Shown here: positions 38,859-51,849 of the stretch, piece after piece
Position numbering within the stretch: the first letter of the stretch is position 1
How the letters are laid out: each line of letters begins with the position of its first letter
DNA from: Octopus vulgaris
Lineage: Eukaryota
Assembly: GCA_951406725.2 (NCBI GenBank)
Contig: OX597822.1
Location: forward strand, 22,630,001-22,694,000
Direction: 5' to 3'
DNA: 64,000 nt
Notes under the pieces: model-generated
Seen by the model: only the letters and a program-made list of their open reading frames with translations
Told to the model about the DNA's origin: nothing
Databases searched by the model: none
Position numbers and translations under genes: made by a program

Positions 38859-39044
38859 CTTCTTGATCGGTGAGTCTGTCTCCAATGTTTGTAAGGATGT
38901 GCCGAAGTTCTTTAGCTGAGACATAGCCTTTCTTGTCAATATCATGAGTTTTGAAAGCTTGCAAAATTTCCGTCTTGACATCTTCCAACTGGCTGTGTTC
39001 GTGGAGTACGTCCAAGAATGAGGCAAAGTTCATCTTACCATCTT
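38859..39044 (-). CDS. CALML4: Calmodulin-like protein 4, coding exon 4
   Basis: ttgtttctgcag acceptor, gtaaca donor; (E)DGKMNFASFLDVLHEHSQLEDVKTEILQAFKTHDIDKKGYVSAKELRHILTNIGDRLTDQE; 186 nt. Confidence 0.95.
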
Positions 39045-39559
39045 CTGCAGAAACAACAAAGACGAATTTACAGAACTTTCAAAGAATACAACTGCCAGCA
39101 CCAGCACTATTCTTTTGTACAATTTTTCAACTGCAGTTCTTAACACAAATGGTTAGATGTTAACAACATTGAGTTTAAGTAATTTAATTTTGCATCTTGA
39201 TTTAAAGAAGAGGTGAGAGAGTCAGAGGGAAATGGACAAAAAATGAGAAAGATAGGGAGGGAGAGGGGAAGGAAGACAAATAGTTAGGAAGTGGGAGCAC
39301 AAGTGAGAAATTGATTCACAGAAAGATGTGCAACTGCAAGGACAAGGGTTAAAGTTATACATGCAAACATATTACTCAAATGAAAAATAAATGAATCCAA
39401 AAATTTTATTGTCAAACTTTTTCCCATTACACTCAAAACAAAAAATAATTTATGAATTTCTTTCTCTTTGAAAGTCCTCTTCCTACGCCATCAGAAAAAA
39501 ATTTTCCCCCCACAAATTTCTTTATAATTGGTTCGTTGGTGTAAATTTTTGCTCTCTGG

Positions 39560-40010
39560 CATCTGTACTAGTGGAGCATTAAGAGCACCATCCCAGCATA
39601 ATCGTTGCCAGAGCAGCTAACCAGCTTCCATGCCAGTGGCAAGTAAAAAGCACCATTTGAGCCAGATCGTTACCAGCGTCTCCTTACTTGCACTTGTGCC
39701 GGTGGCACGTGAAAAAACATTCGAGCGAGGTTGTTGCCAGTGCCACTGGAATGGCTCCTGTGCAGGTGGCACATAAAAAACACCATTTGAGCGTGGCTGT
39801 TGCTAGTACCGCCTGAATGGCCCTCGTGCCAGTGGCATGTAAAAGCACTCACTACACTCTAGGAGTGGTTGGCATTAGAAACGGCATCCAGCCGTAGAAA
39901 CTCTGCCAGATCAGATTGGAGCCTAGTGCAGCCATCTGGTTCGCCAGTCCTCAGTCAAATCGTCCAACCCATGCTAGCATGGAAAGCAGATGTTAAATGA
40001 TGATGATGAC
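39560..40010 (+). mobile_element. RTE LINE 3'-UTR fragment
   Basis: Same internal repeats and terminus as 60890-61320; (GAT)n tail. Confidence 0.8.
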
Positions 40011-41542
40011 ATGTAAATACAAGGGAAAAGATGATATATGAGTGTTCAGCTTATTGTTGAACAACCTGCACAAATAATTTGTTTATAGTGATCAAATGTA
40101 TGTGTTGTACAATTAGCTCTCTCCATCAAAATGATGTTGCCTGTCTGTCAGGTGTCAAAGTGACTGCAGAGCAATGTGAAATGAAGTGTTTTGCTCAAGA
40201 ACACAATGCGCAATCTAGGAACTGAAACCATGATCTAGCAATAGTGAGTGCAACACCGTAACCACTAAACCATAGACCTCATATATACATACATACAAAT
40301 ACATAGTCATATGTATATATATTTATACACACATACACACATATAAATATCAGCAGCATCATTTAACATCCATCTTTATGCTGGTTTGGGTTGGATAGTT
40401 TGACAGATTAATCCCCTTTGACTGCATGGGGTTGCAGTAGAGAGGAAGGAAACTTTATAAAAGGAGATGAAAGGTTAAAGTATGAAAGAAGGGACTAGAA
40501 TAGAACAAGTTTCTTGCAGTAGAGGAGATACAATGCTACTCACTACTCACATTCTTGTAGAGTGGGTGGGAGTAACCAGGATGGAGATGGTGAGAGGGAT
40601 GAAATGATAGTGAAGTATCAGCGAATCCTCAAGGTACAAGAAGATAAACAGGAGTTGGAACATAAGAACAGAGAATGTAGCAAGGTAGAGGACGAAAGAG
40701 TGCATGAGAAAAGTGAGGAGTGGTTAGAGATGGGGAAATATAGTGGTTAGGAGGACAAATATAATGAAAACAGAATTAACTTTGATGGGTGATCAATAAC
40801 AAATATACATCATAGGGAAAGCTTGGAAGAGTAGTTAATGATTACAGGGATTGGAGAGCATTGAGGGGTGGCAGTAGTGAATGGTGGACAAGAGTGGCAG
40901 GGTGATGATAATACATATGATTTGGGTGGAAAAATAGGGGACAGGTGGCAGTATAGAAGGTAGTGAAGAGCGGTGGAATAATAATAATCCTTTCTACTAC
41001 AGGCACAAGGGGGGGGGGATTAATCGATTACATCAACCCCTTGACAGAATTTGAACTCAGAATGTAAAGATGGACAAAATGCTGCTAAGCATTTTGTCCA
41101 GCGTGCTAACGATTTTGCCAGCATTTGAACTTAGAGCATAAAGTCAGAAGAAGTGCCAATATGCACTTTGCCTGGCTTGGTAACGATTCTGCCACAACAA
41201 CAACAACAACACAGCAGAAACAAGAAGGAGAAGAGAGAGGGAGGTGACATGTAGGTGAGTAGGATGCAAAAGAGTAAGGGGAAAAAAACTGATGTGTAGA
41301 AGTAGAGATAATTTGGTAGCACACACAGATGATCAATGTCAAATGTGAATAGAGAGATACAATATTAAGGAAGAAAGATGGATAAGAAGTGAAGTAATTC
41401 TGAGAAGTGAGATTGATAATTAGTATTAGAGAAAAAGATGATTAAACAGGTAGTTCTGTTCATATTCAATTACAAAAGCTGAATATTTCATTTTTGAATT
41501 TGGTTTGCAAGATTCTTTATATGAGTTCGTGTGTTGAAGCAT

Positions 41543-41810
41543 ATTCTATTGTGTCTGGAGTGAGTCATTTTCTTTTTGTGCCTTATAATATAACACACTC
41601 ACCGGTAAAGTTTCCACTTTTTTCTTATTTTTTATTTTTCTAAAATTTTCGTTGCGTCTTGCAAAACTATTGGAAACTATTGAAAAGGTTGCAAGATGCA
41701 ACGAAAATTTTAGAAAATAAAAAATAAGAAAAAAAGTAGAAACTTTACTGGTGAGTGTGTTATATTATAAGGCACAAAAAGAAAATGACTCTCCCCAGAC
41801 ACAATAAAAG
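41543..41810. repeat. Fold-back (~120-bp arms) of Penelope-like pLTR in CALML4 intron 3
   Basis: Arms ~41543-41664 and ~41689-41810; adjacent 41500-41540 resembles the reverse complement of the 895-935 fragment. Confidence 0.85.
41677..41713 (+). ncRNA. Minimal hammerhead-like motif, U3-A8 variant
   Basis: cta-TTGAAAA-g-gttgc(aagat)gcaac-GAAA-at-TT-tag. Confidence 0.5.
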
Positions 41811-41966
41811 CAGAATAGTAATGAAAATAATGGAAGAGTCAGTGAATGAGAGAGTGAGGAATAGGAGGGGACTGAGAATCAATCCTTGACGAATCAATTA
41901 TACACTAAGTTCGTTGAGTGCTTGTTAATTGTTACCTAATGATAGCATTTTGGTACAAGGCTTTAA

Positions 41967-42186
41967 CCCGTTAGTATTCAAACTGGCCATATCCGGCCAG
42001 AATATTTAACCTGTTTTATATTGAAACTGACCAGATCTCGCCTCTCACCTCAGCCCTACCATGTCATTCTAAAACTAAAAAATCACATCACTGAAATCTC
42101 TAAACTACAAGATAATACATGATTAATTCAAAACAATATAAATGAACAAATATCACATTTGACAGAATAATCTGAACACTAAAGGG
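41967..42186. mobile_element. piggyBac-type MITE
   Basis: TTAA|cccgttagtattcaaa ... tctgaacactaaaggg|TTAA. Confidence 0.8.
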
Positions 42187-42503
42187 TTAAGGCTATCAAA
42201 AGTCACTTGTCTACTCCAAGCTTCCTCAGTGACCCCCAGAACACAGAACAAGAGATTATACTGAAGAATTTCTTTAGGTTAATAAAAACTAAATATAGCA
42301 GCTTACTTTTATCTAAGTACATCTCTTGTAGTTGTCTGACTCAGAAGAGAACATCTATGGTACACTTCGCAAGCACAAAACCAAATTGAACCTCATCTAG
42401 TATATTTCTATCACACACACTAACACAAACAAAGAGAAAGTGGTTAGCCAAATAATAAAAAAAAAAAACTGATTAAAAACAATGCTAGACACAAATAGAG
42501 ATA

Positions 42504-42808
42504 TCTTTATATATAAAAGTGAAGTTGTGTGTGTGTCTGTCTACTCCGATTTAGATTCCTAACTACTCCCACATTTTGCGGTGCAGTTTAACCAAAAGCG
42601 GGTATCTTATAGTCGTGATTCATATCGAGCCCTTCTGGGTATTAGCACGTGTCTACAATGAGTCTACGATTTAAAAAAAAATTTACCATCATTTTTCCGC
42701 ATTTTTAATGCATTTTTTGCTTGGTTTATATAAGGGAAGTAACTCTCTAAAAATGCTTATATAGTTATTTCCCTTACAAACCCAAGCAACGCCAGGTGAT
42801 ACTGCTAG
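42504..42808 (+). mobile_element. Non-autonomous Helitron
   Basis: A|TC 5' end (tctttatatataaaagtg), degenerate subterminal GC hairpin cccaagcaacgccagg, 3' CTAG|T, no TSD. Confidence 0.75.
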
Positions 42809-42918
42809 TGGGATACAAAGTAATCAGAAATAAAAGCAAGCAGTGGTGGGGAACAGAGACTAAAAGGTGAGTCATAGTAAAACAACAGAAATGTGAATGA
42901 AAGAAAACGGCTGCCTAC

Positions 42919-43056
42919 CATCCTTGTTTTTCTCCAAGTATCTGACAACCTCCTCTCTAGTTGGACTGAAGCCAAGGGAGCGCATGATCAGGGATAATTC
43001 ATCATCCTGGCTGATGTAGTTACGTTTAGCATTGAAGCTAAAGCATTCTTTGTACT
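42919..43056 (-). CDS. CALML4: Calmodulin-like protein 4, coding exon 3
   Basis: ttgttattacag acceptor, gtaggc donor; (E)YKECFSFNAKRNYISQDDELSLIMRSLGFSPTREEVVRYLEKNKD; EYKECFS and MRxLGxSPT match CALML4; absent from the ORF track. Confidence 0.95.
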
Positions 43057-43278
43057 CTGTAATAACAAATATATCAAATATTGTTTTATATCATCTAGAC
43101 ACAAAGAGAGAAATGAAGTAAAAAAGAATAAACAAATAAAAAGACATTCTCTTATTAGTTTCAGTCATTGGATTATGGCCATACTAACGCACTGTTTGTA
43201 AAAAGTTAGTCAGATATATTGAGAACGGTAGTCTTGTACTTTTCATCAGTCTTTATTTATCAAATGGCTGAGTTTATG

Positions 43279-43720
43279 ATCATCATCATCATCATTTAAC
43301 GTCCGTTCTCCATGCTAGCACGGGTTCGACGGTTCAACCGGGGTTTTGGGAAGCCAGGAGGCTACACCAGGGTCCAGTCTGATCTGGCAGTGTTTCTACA
43401 GCTGGATGCCCTTCCTAATGCCAACCACTCCGTGAGTGTAGTGGGTGCTTTTTATGTGCCACCGAAACAGGTGCCAGGGGAGGCTGGCAGCGGCCACAAT
43501 CGGTCGGTGCTTTTTACGTGCCACCGGCACAGAAGCCAGTCAAGGCGGTGCTGGCATTGGCCACGTTCGGATGGTGCTTTTTACATGCCACCGGCACAGG
43601 TATCACAACTACAATTTCCATTTGATATTTATTTTGATGTTGATGTACTTGACTCAATAGGTCTCCTCAAGCACAGCAGGTCATGTGCCACTGGCACAGA
43701 AGCCAGTCAAGGCGGCACTG
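43279..43720 (-). mobile_element. RTE LINE 3'-UTR fragment
   Basis: (CAT)n tail and conserved terminal module. Confidence 0.8.
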
Positions 43721-44632
43721 GTAGCACACAAGGATGATCAATGTCAAATGTGAATAGAGAGATACAATATTAAGTTTCAATCCAATGTCCAAATACACAC
43801 ACACTTGTACACACATTGGTGCTCCAGCTTGGGCTTAACTATGATGATTAAAAGAAACTAAAGAGCCCACAAACAAAGTGGCTTCAGCACTGTTTCAAAC
43901 AGATTTTCACTATAGTACCAGGCACTGAACTCAAGATGTCACCCAGTGAGAATGAACCCAGAACCTCATGGTTGCAAAGCAAACTTTGTAACCATGTAGA
44001 CATGCCAGCATCCAGGTATATATAAATAGAAACAGACAGACAGGCACACAGACACATGTAAACACACACACACCCAAGGTTGTCACTCAATAAAGATTTA
44101 GTTGTTCGATCAAATGAATGAAGGTGTAAGTGGTAGAGTATTCCACTTCACTGTGGAACCAGCATGACACACAATGTGTGACAAGGCTAAATATTTGCTT
44201 TAAAAGTACAATCCTTCTGCATAGTTTCACTCTCCTCAATTTCACTCACAAGATATTCCAAATTGATCTGAAGCCATAGAAAATAGCATTTGCTCAAGAT
44301 GCCAGAATGCCATAGCTGCAAACTGAACAACAAAACCAATCAGCCTATGTACATGCAGGCCAATTAGTATGGAACTTCCATACATAAATACTAACACACA
44401 CACATTATATATATTTATACATACAAACGTAATTAAGTACACATGTAGATCACAAACACACACACAAAACAAAACAAATTCACACCACTAAAAATACTGT
44501 AGAACTGGTTTTCTTTGATAATATAACTGATAGCAGAACTTGCTACAGATTGTCAAGAATGTCGCCTAACACCTTCTGAGAGTTATGAAGGCTATTATGT
44601 ACAATCAGCTAACTGACTTCTACGTCACACTG

Positions 44633-44850
44633 GTATGTACAATAGCCTATTACAATAGGCTATTAACAATAGGCTATGTACAATAGCCTATTACAATAGG
44701 CTATGTACAATAGCCTATTACATGCTAGATGTATCTGAGCCAACAAAACAGCTATGATATAATCTGTTGATCTGCTAGAAATAGAAGCCAAGTCTCCACC
44801 AAATTAGATCCAACTATCTTTAAAAAGGATACACTGAATAATGGAGACCT
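44633..44850 (+). repeat. Local duplicate of 48258-48411 with iterated short repeats
   Basis: ~150 bp near-identical; preceded by repeated tacaatagcctattacaataggctat units. Confidence 0.85.
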
Positions 44851-45192
44851 GAATAAATAAGACAATTAAATTATTGCACAGGGGTTCCTCGAGCCAGTGG
44901 AAAGTTTCCTTGGGGTTCCGCTCCAGCAAAAAGGTTGAAAAGCACTGGTGTAGACATAAGCTCCCCACCACCCACCCATCAGATCGACATTACCTGCACA
45001 GGTGCAATGGATACCACATGTCAGATGTTGAAATGATTGCAGAGCAATGTGAAATGAAGTGCTTTGCTCAAGAACACAACTCAACACCAGTCTGGGAATC
45101 GAACCTACGATATCACAATTGTGAGTGCAACACCCTAAGCACTAAGCCATGCACCTTTATATATATAGATATATAGATAGATAGATAGATAT

Positions 45193-45399
45193 ACTCTTTT
45201 ACTTGTTTTATTCATTTGACTGTGGCCATGCTGGAGCACCGCCTTTAGTCGAGCAAATCGACCCCAGGACTTATTCTTTGTAAGCCTAGTACTTATTCTA
45301 TCGGTCTCTTTGCTGAACTGCTTAGTTACAGGGATGTAAACACACCAGCATCGGTTATCAAGTGATGTTGGGAGGACAAAGACAGACACACATGCATAC

Positions 45400-45430
<31 letters not shown>

Positions 45431-45595
45431 TACAATGGGCTTCTTTCAGTTTCCGTCTACCAAATCCACTCACAAGGCTTTGGTTGGCCCAAGGCTATAG
45501 TAGAGGACACTTGCTCAAGGTGCCACGCAGTGGAACTGAACCCGGAACCATATGATTGGTAAGCAAGCTACTTACCACACAGCCACACCTATGCC
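45193..45595 (-). mobile_element. SINE family A, full length
   Basis: Reverse complement of 11617-12048. Confidence 0.9.
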
Positions 45596-45777
45596 TATAT
45601 ATATATATATATATATAGAATAAAAACTTACTTGGAACAGGATGCGTGGCTTTTTGGGGTGTCCTGTACCTATATATGCATGTATACATACATATAGATG
45701 TAAGTACATACATATATGTATATATGCATATGTTTTATTTATTATTTTGTTAATATATATATATATATATATATAAT

Positions 45778-46517
45778 TGTGACGCGAAACTCTACAACTC
45801 TTTGATTGACCTTCTCTTCCTTCCCTATCTCCCTCTCACTCCTCCTCATCTCTTTCACAGCCGGGCGAGTTGCTTCCTTTCGCCGCTGGCATTCAAACAG
45901 TGGACACTGTTCTTCTAGCGCTCTTACAATCTTTCCTCGTGTAGGCCAGCATTAAGGCCCTCATTGTCTGTTTTTTTTAGTTGTTTTATTTCTTGTACTG
46001 TATTTTTCGTACTTGTAATTTTATTCTGTATTTTTATTTTTTGTATTTTTATTTTGTATTTTATTTTGTAATTTTATTTGTATCGTTTTTTTGTCACATG
46101 TTTAACTTTTCTTGTTTTTACCCCTCTGCGAAGTAATTTTATTTAATTCCTTCGCAGGAAGGACTAGTTCTACGAGTCGTGTTCTGTCCAACCTTCGAAA
46201 CACGCTGGAGTTGAACTAGGGACAGCTGATGAACGGGATTTTTCCTTGTGCAGTTTGTCTTGTACTCTCTTTTTTTCGTTTAGGTCCGTTTCCACGTTTG
46301 TTTTTACATTTTCGTTTCTCGTTGAGTTCTACGTCTATTTGTGGTGTCCTGTACTCACGTGTATATATTTATATATACATGTATATATACATGTAGATGT
46401 AGGTACGTACATATATGTATGCATATATTTTATTTATTACACTATTGTATGACTGAGCGCCCTCGCGTCGATTCGATTCATTTTCGTTTCGTTTCATCTC
46501 CTCCAAGTAAGTTTTGT

Positions 46518-46518
<1 letters not shown>
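45778..46518 (+). mobile_element. Penelope-like pLTR fragment
   Basis: Bounded by (TA)n; T-rich; carries CTGATGA and GAAA hammerhead strands at 46178-46232. Confidence 0.5.

Positions 46519-46599
<81 letters not shown>
46518..46599. repeat. (TA)n(GA)n microsatellite
   Basis: Direct observation. Confidence 0.95.
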
Positions 46600-46602
<3 letters not shown>

Positions 46603-46954
46603 TTCAAATTTACAGAAAACAAAAGACAAAGATAGGTGAGGGAACAACAAGCAGGTGTATTAGTTAGATGCTCAGGAAGACTGGAAAAGTCTTTGACATT
46701 TTAAGCCTACACTCTTCAACAGAAAGGGTTGAGAAGAAAAAAAAAAATGGAGAGAGAAAAGAATGTGTAGGGATTATTGGTTCAATATGATGAAATGACC
46801 AGAAGAAAGAGGCTGAGTAAAAAGGAGATAAAAACTTAGCTGAACAAGGGTGTGCAAGCACATCACACATATATATATATATATATAAGAATTTTTTGCG
46901 TAATAAGATTAAAAACCAAGGCTGTGTAGATATTAGAGCATTTATATATAGAAA

Positions 46955-47006
46955 GTCTTACAGCTGTTTCCAGGATATTTATTAATTATATCCTTTCATC
47001 GGAGAC
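46955..47006 (-). ncRNA. Minimal type I hammerhead-like motif (U4C)
   Basis: gtct-CCGATGA-a-aggatat(aattaataa)atatcct-g-GAAA-cagctg-TA-agac; all three stems pair; palindromic stem III; GUA site. Confidence 0.6.
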
Positions 47007-48801
47007 GGTGTGAGAGGATGGTTAAGTCATAGTTAGTTTAGATGTAATACAAAATAGAGAGTGAGGTGGAGGAAAGAAAATAGATGCAAGATTTTTAGGT
47101 CACTTTAAATAAAAACCTTTGACTCTGCAATACTGTATATAAATTCTCTACTGGGAATGACCAAGTTTAAAAATCTGCTGGATCTCACTCATAGAAGAAT
47201 CTTACATTGCTTATAAACTCTATATTTGGAAGGACTCATTTTAAAAGTCGTGTAAAGAATGCCAAGTTCTCAAAGTGAAAAGAGTCTGTGGAAGAGGGAT
47301 ACATGATGATGTAAAGCCTAATCTCAAGATGCTCAGATTTGGAAATGAAATGATAAAAAAACCATGATAATTAACAACATGCAGTGCTGAAGAAGACCAG
47401 CCCAATAGTCGAAACTTAGCAAAACAAACTCTAAAATAGTAGTAATGATGGAAGCTGAAATGTAATGTATCTAAATTTGGATCTCTTATTCATTGAGTTA
47501 CTAACCTAACCCCTAGCACGCTGATACCCTCTCATTTCTCTCTACCACTTTGTAAAAATTTCTCTTGTGTAACAAGGGATGGTACTGAATCTTTCTGTGG
47601 TCAATCCCTCCTACTACTATCTTATCACTCTACCTCTCTCCCCTATCATGATGCCTATGTCACAAAGGATTAAACTGGATCTACTCATATCCAACAGATC
47701 CTTACCATTACCTGCCTGCATGTTAACCATTATTCCTCCTCTCCCAGATCACTCATATTGGCATCTATTGTTCTCTTATCACCGTATGCCTTAATTAATA
47801 TCCATCATTCACTCTTTCAGTAAACATGTGACTATCATCCCAGCCAATGCTGTCTCCCTTATTTCATTACTCCCGGTCACACTGTTTCTCTCATCATACC
47901 ATTACAAGTTTCAAACAAGAGTAGCAAGGGATTGTCTACAACTCAGAACAGAACAAAAATAAAAAGTAGCATTTTTTTTTTGTCAATTTCTTTTACAATG
48001 TTTATATCTATCTTTTGCCCAAAAGATATACACAGAAAGCATTAATATTCTTCAATACAGTTTCTATTGAACAAATTCCATTCGCAAGGCACTGGTCAAA
48101 CCAAAGATAAGGGAGCAAACATTTGCTTAAGGTGTTGTGCAGTGAAACTGAACCTAGAACAACATGGTTGGATAGAAGAATAAGTACCAGTCAACCCAGT
48201 AGATTATTTTATATCTTGGCATCCTAACATTAGACCTACAATTGGTTTGAATTAATAACTGGTATGTACAATAGCCTATTACATGCTAGATGTATCTGAG
48301 CCAACAAAATAGCTATGATATAATCTGTTGATCTGCTAGAAATAGAAGCCAAGTCTCCACCAAATTAGATCCAACTATCTTTAAAAAGGACACACTGAAT
48401 AATGTAGACCTAGGTGCACACTGCCAGATGGAAAAGAAAAAGAGTCTTAAACAAGTGACATCTACTACAAGAGAGATTCTAAAGATGGGTTCCAAAAATT
48501 AAAGTAAATTGCTTTGTAAACAAAATCAAAAACTAGTGGTTGTATTGTTGGAACGAACTACTTTTGTCAGTGCTTCTGCAAGAGAGCATGGACACAAACC
48601 CAACTCCTTCCTTCACCATTGACAGATCTCTACATTAAGGGTTCCCAACCTTGAGTGCCTACATTGCTTGGGGACATTAGATAGTATTTCAGGTGGTGTG
48701 ACAAAGAGGAAAGTATTTACTTCATGAAAGTCAATTTACAGAATAAAATTCATGACTAACTCTTAGAAACAACTTTATACTATCAAACACACTAAAAACC
48801 A

Positions 48802-49215
48802 TTAGGCTGAGTCAAAAGTCTTGCAATATTTCAGTCACTTGTTAGCTTCATTTATCAAGTTACAATAAAATCAGTCTAGCATTCACAGTAGAGGCCATCA
48901 TGTTGCACTGTCTGAAGCCAGTGTTCTGAAAGATCTTGTCCTATGAGGCAAAAAATTCCTTCACTGAAGCTCCCACCTCTGCTTGGTTGACGAAGCACTA
49001 TGAGCCATGGATCACAACAGGTAATAATCTGAGGGAGATAATTTTCTTGTCCTTTGCCTTGAAGTACCAAGAACTGGTATTAGCACAAGATCAAAGAACT
49101 GGCTGAAATGTGGCTTCAGATGGTGCAACATGATGGCCACCACTCTGGATGTAGTAATTTGACAAATAAAGCAAATAAGTTGCCAAAATATTGCAAAACT
49201 TTTGACTCAACACAA
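48802..49215. mobile_element. Mariner-like MITE
   Basis: Imperfect ~60-bp TIRs ttaggctgagtcaaaagtcttgcaatattt / aaatattgcaaaacttttgactcaacacaa. Confidence 0.65.
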
Positions 49216-51849
49216 TATATTATCCAACACATACAGATTTAAACCTTAAGAGATTCTCACCAACATTCTTGTAACATTCTTGTATGAATCTGGAACCCTT
49301 TCTCTTTGTCAATCAAAACAAAAGCTAGAATCACTAAAGTCCACAGGTAGAGCTATAGAATGCAATCGGCAGGGAAGTTTCATGTTTGATGAAGTCATGA
49401 ACGAGAAGTAGGAACAAAGAATTCATTAAATTTTATGCCCAGTTGTGATTTAGTACACTTTAACAACTTAGAATTACTCCAGTTATTTACAGCTATTCAC
49501 TGAGTGAAAAGTTTATTTTTTGACTTCAAATTGTTCCTCCACAATACTGAATGTGGTACGAAGACCAACATTTTCATAGTCACATGTGGTATTAGTTTAG
49601 TATGTAGTCCAAAAATAATTAAACATTTTCTTGAAGTTCAAGAGCATAGAAAAAGTTGGGAACCACTGCTTCTATATGATAACTATAGCCACTAGAAACA
49701 GCAGTCAAGACTTCCTTAAGTTACATAATCTTAAAAACACAGGCACATAGTGGATGATGTAGTTTGAGATACACTAAGACCGCACACACAAAATAAAAAA
49801 AGGAAAACATGATGCGAATGTGATGGCTGGGCTGTTTTTTTTATCATAGATCCACTCTAACAGGGCTGATCTGGGACTAAATAACAACCAACTTCACAGC
49901 TGAGTGGTTAGCAGTGAAACAGGCATCCAGCTGTAAAAAAAAAAGTGAACTATTGCAACAAATAAACCATTCCACGCTTGCAAACATCAAGTGTAAATCT
50001 CAACAACAAAACTGACTGGGAGTGTCTCCACTATACACAATACAAATATTTTCAAAAATATATAGATGCACAATGTCGGCGTTCGTCAACACAGACAACA
50101 TTTTTTTGTACAACAGAAACGTCTACAAGGATAAAAAAGAAAAAAAATCAATTTTACTTTATTTTCATTGTTCCATCACTAATTGTTATACACACACACA
50201 CACACATATATATATATATCAATACTACACTTCTTCAAAGATTAATTAACTCAAGAACAAGAAGTTATATTTTGATTGAGCTTTAGAATAGAATTGTCTG
50301 TCTGTCATCATCATCATCATCATCGTTTAACAACCGCTTTCCATGCTAGCATGGGTTGGACGGTTCAACTGGGGTCTGGCAAGCTCGAAGGCTGCACCAA
50401 GCCAGTCAGATCTGGCAGTGTTTCTACAGCTGGATGCCCTTCCTAACGCCAACCACTCCGAGAGTGTATAACCATTTTCCATGCTGGCATTAGTAGGGTG
50501 ATTTGATAGGATCTTACAAGTATTAGGACTGCATCAAGCACCCATATCAACATGGGCATGGTTTCTACAGCTGGATGTCATTCCTAACACTAACCACTTT
50601 ACAGTGTACTGGGTGTTTTTTTTTTATGACACCAGCACTAGAAGCTTGCAGGACAGGAAAAAGAAAAGCCATCTCAAGTGAATGGGAATGATTTTGAAAG
50701 AGGGCAAGTTGGCTTTATGCCAGGTGTTGAAAGGCTGAAAGTATAACAGGACAAGTACAAGTGTCTTACTATAGAGGAGATACAAGGAAACCTCACATTA
50801 TATAAGGGTGGGTAGGAGAAGCTGGAAAGAAGATAAAGGCAATGGTGGTGAAGATGCCAGAATGTATTTGCAAAGGACAATAAGTTGAGTGTAGGAGAGT
50901 ATATGGTCAGAGGAACAAGAAGGAAAAAGAGGGTTAGGTAATTCTACAGGGCTTCTTTATCAGAAATTTCTGACACAAAATGGTACAGCCAGTGCCATTC
51001 CATGTTTGTATACACATTATAAATGTTATACACACAGGTAATTTAAGACTGTTGAAAGTGTATATATTAATATAATTCTAGCTTGGCTAGCATTCACACA
51101 TGTTAATAAATGTTTTGTTAAACTAGCTTTAGTACTGGAAGTAACATTTTTTGTTTAGCTCAGAATATCCGGGACATTTGTTACTGAGAAGCCCAGATCA
51201 AAATACAATGTGTGACAAATCACCAGCATTCTGAATGAATGCCCTGTGTTTTTAGTATGTATCTTTGATAAGTTTCTCTGAAACAAAATATTACCGGTAG
51301 TGCCAGTCCTCACTTGTATATCATCATCATCATCATTTAACATCCACTTTTCCTGGCTTGCAAGAGTTAGATAGAATTTGCTGAGACAGATTTTCTACAC
51401 TTAGATGCCCTTCCCGATGCTAAACCTCACCCGTTTTCAAGTATGATAATGTTTTTCACAGAAACTGGAAACAAACAACTTCACTTGTGAGACACTGATG
51501 CTCATTTATACACCATGCTAAGTCTAGACAAGGGTACACACAGATATACTTATTCACACACAAACATATATATACAAAGGGCATTTTTCCGTTTCTGTCT
51601 ACCAAATCCACTCAAAGCTTTCATTGGCTCTAGGCTGTAGTAGAAGACACTCATCCAAGGTGCTGCACAGTGGGACTGAACTTGAAATCACATGGTTGGG
51701 AAGCAAGCTTAACCACACTAATAAATATATCATTTTATTTATATTAGTTGATGTAATTTGCAACAGTTGAACTTCTGTTTTACACCTTTAACAAGCCTTG
51801 CCATGGTGTGCTCATGAACAGCAAAACAGACACAAATTTACATTACTGA

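Noticed and set aside
47385-47422. CTGAAGA-agac..gtc-GAAAC motif
   Set aside because: Stems I and III do not pair convincingly.
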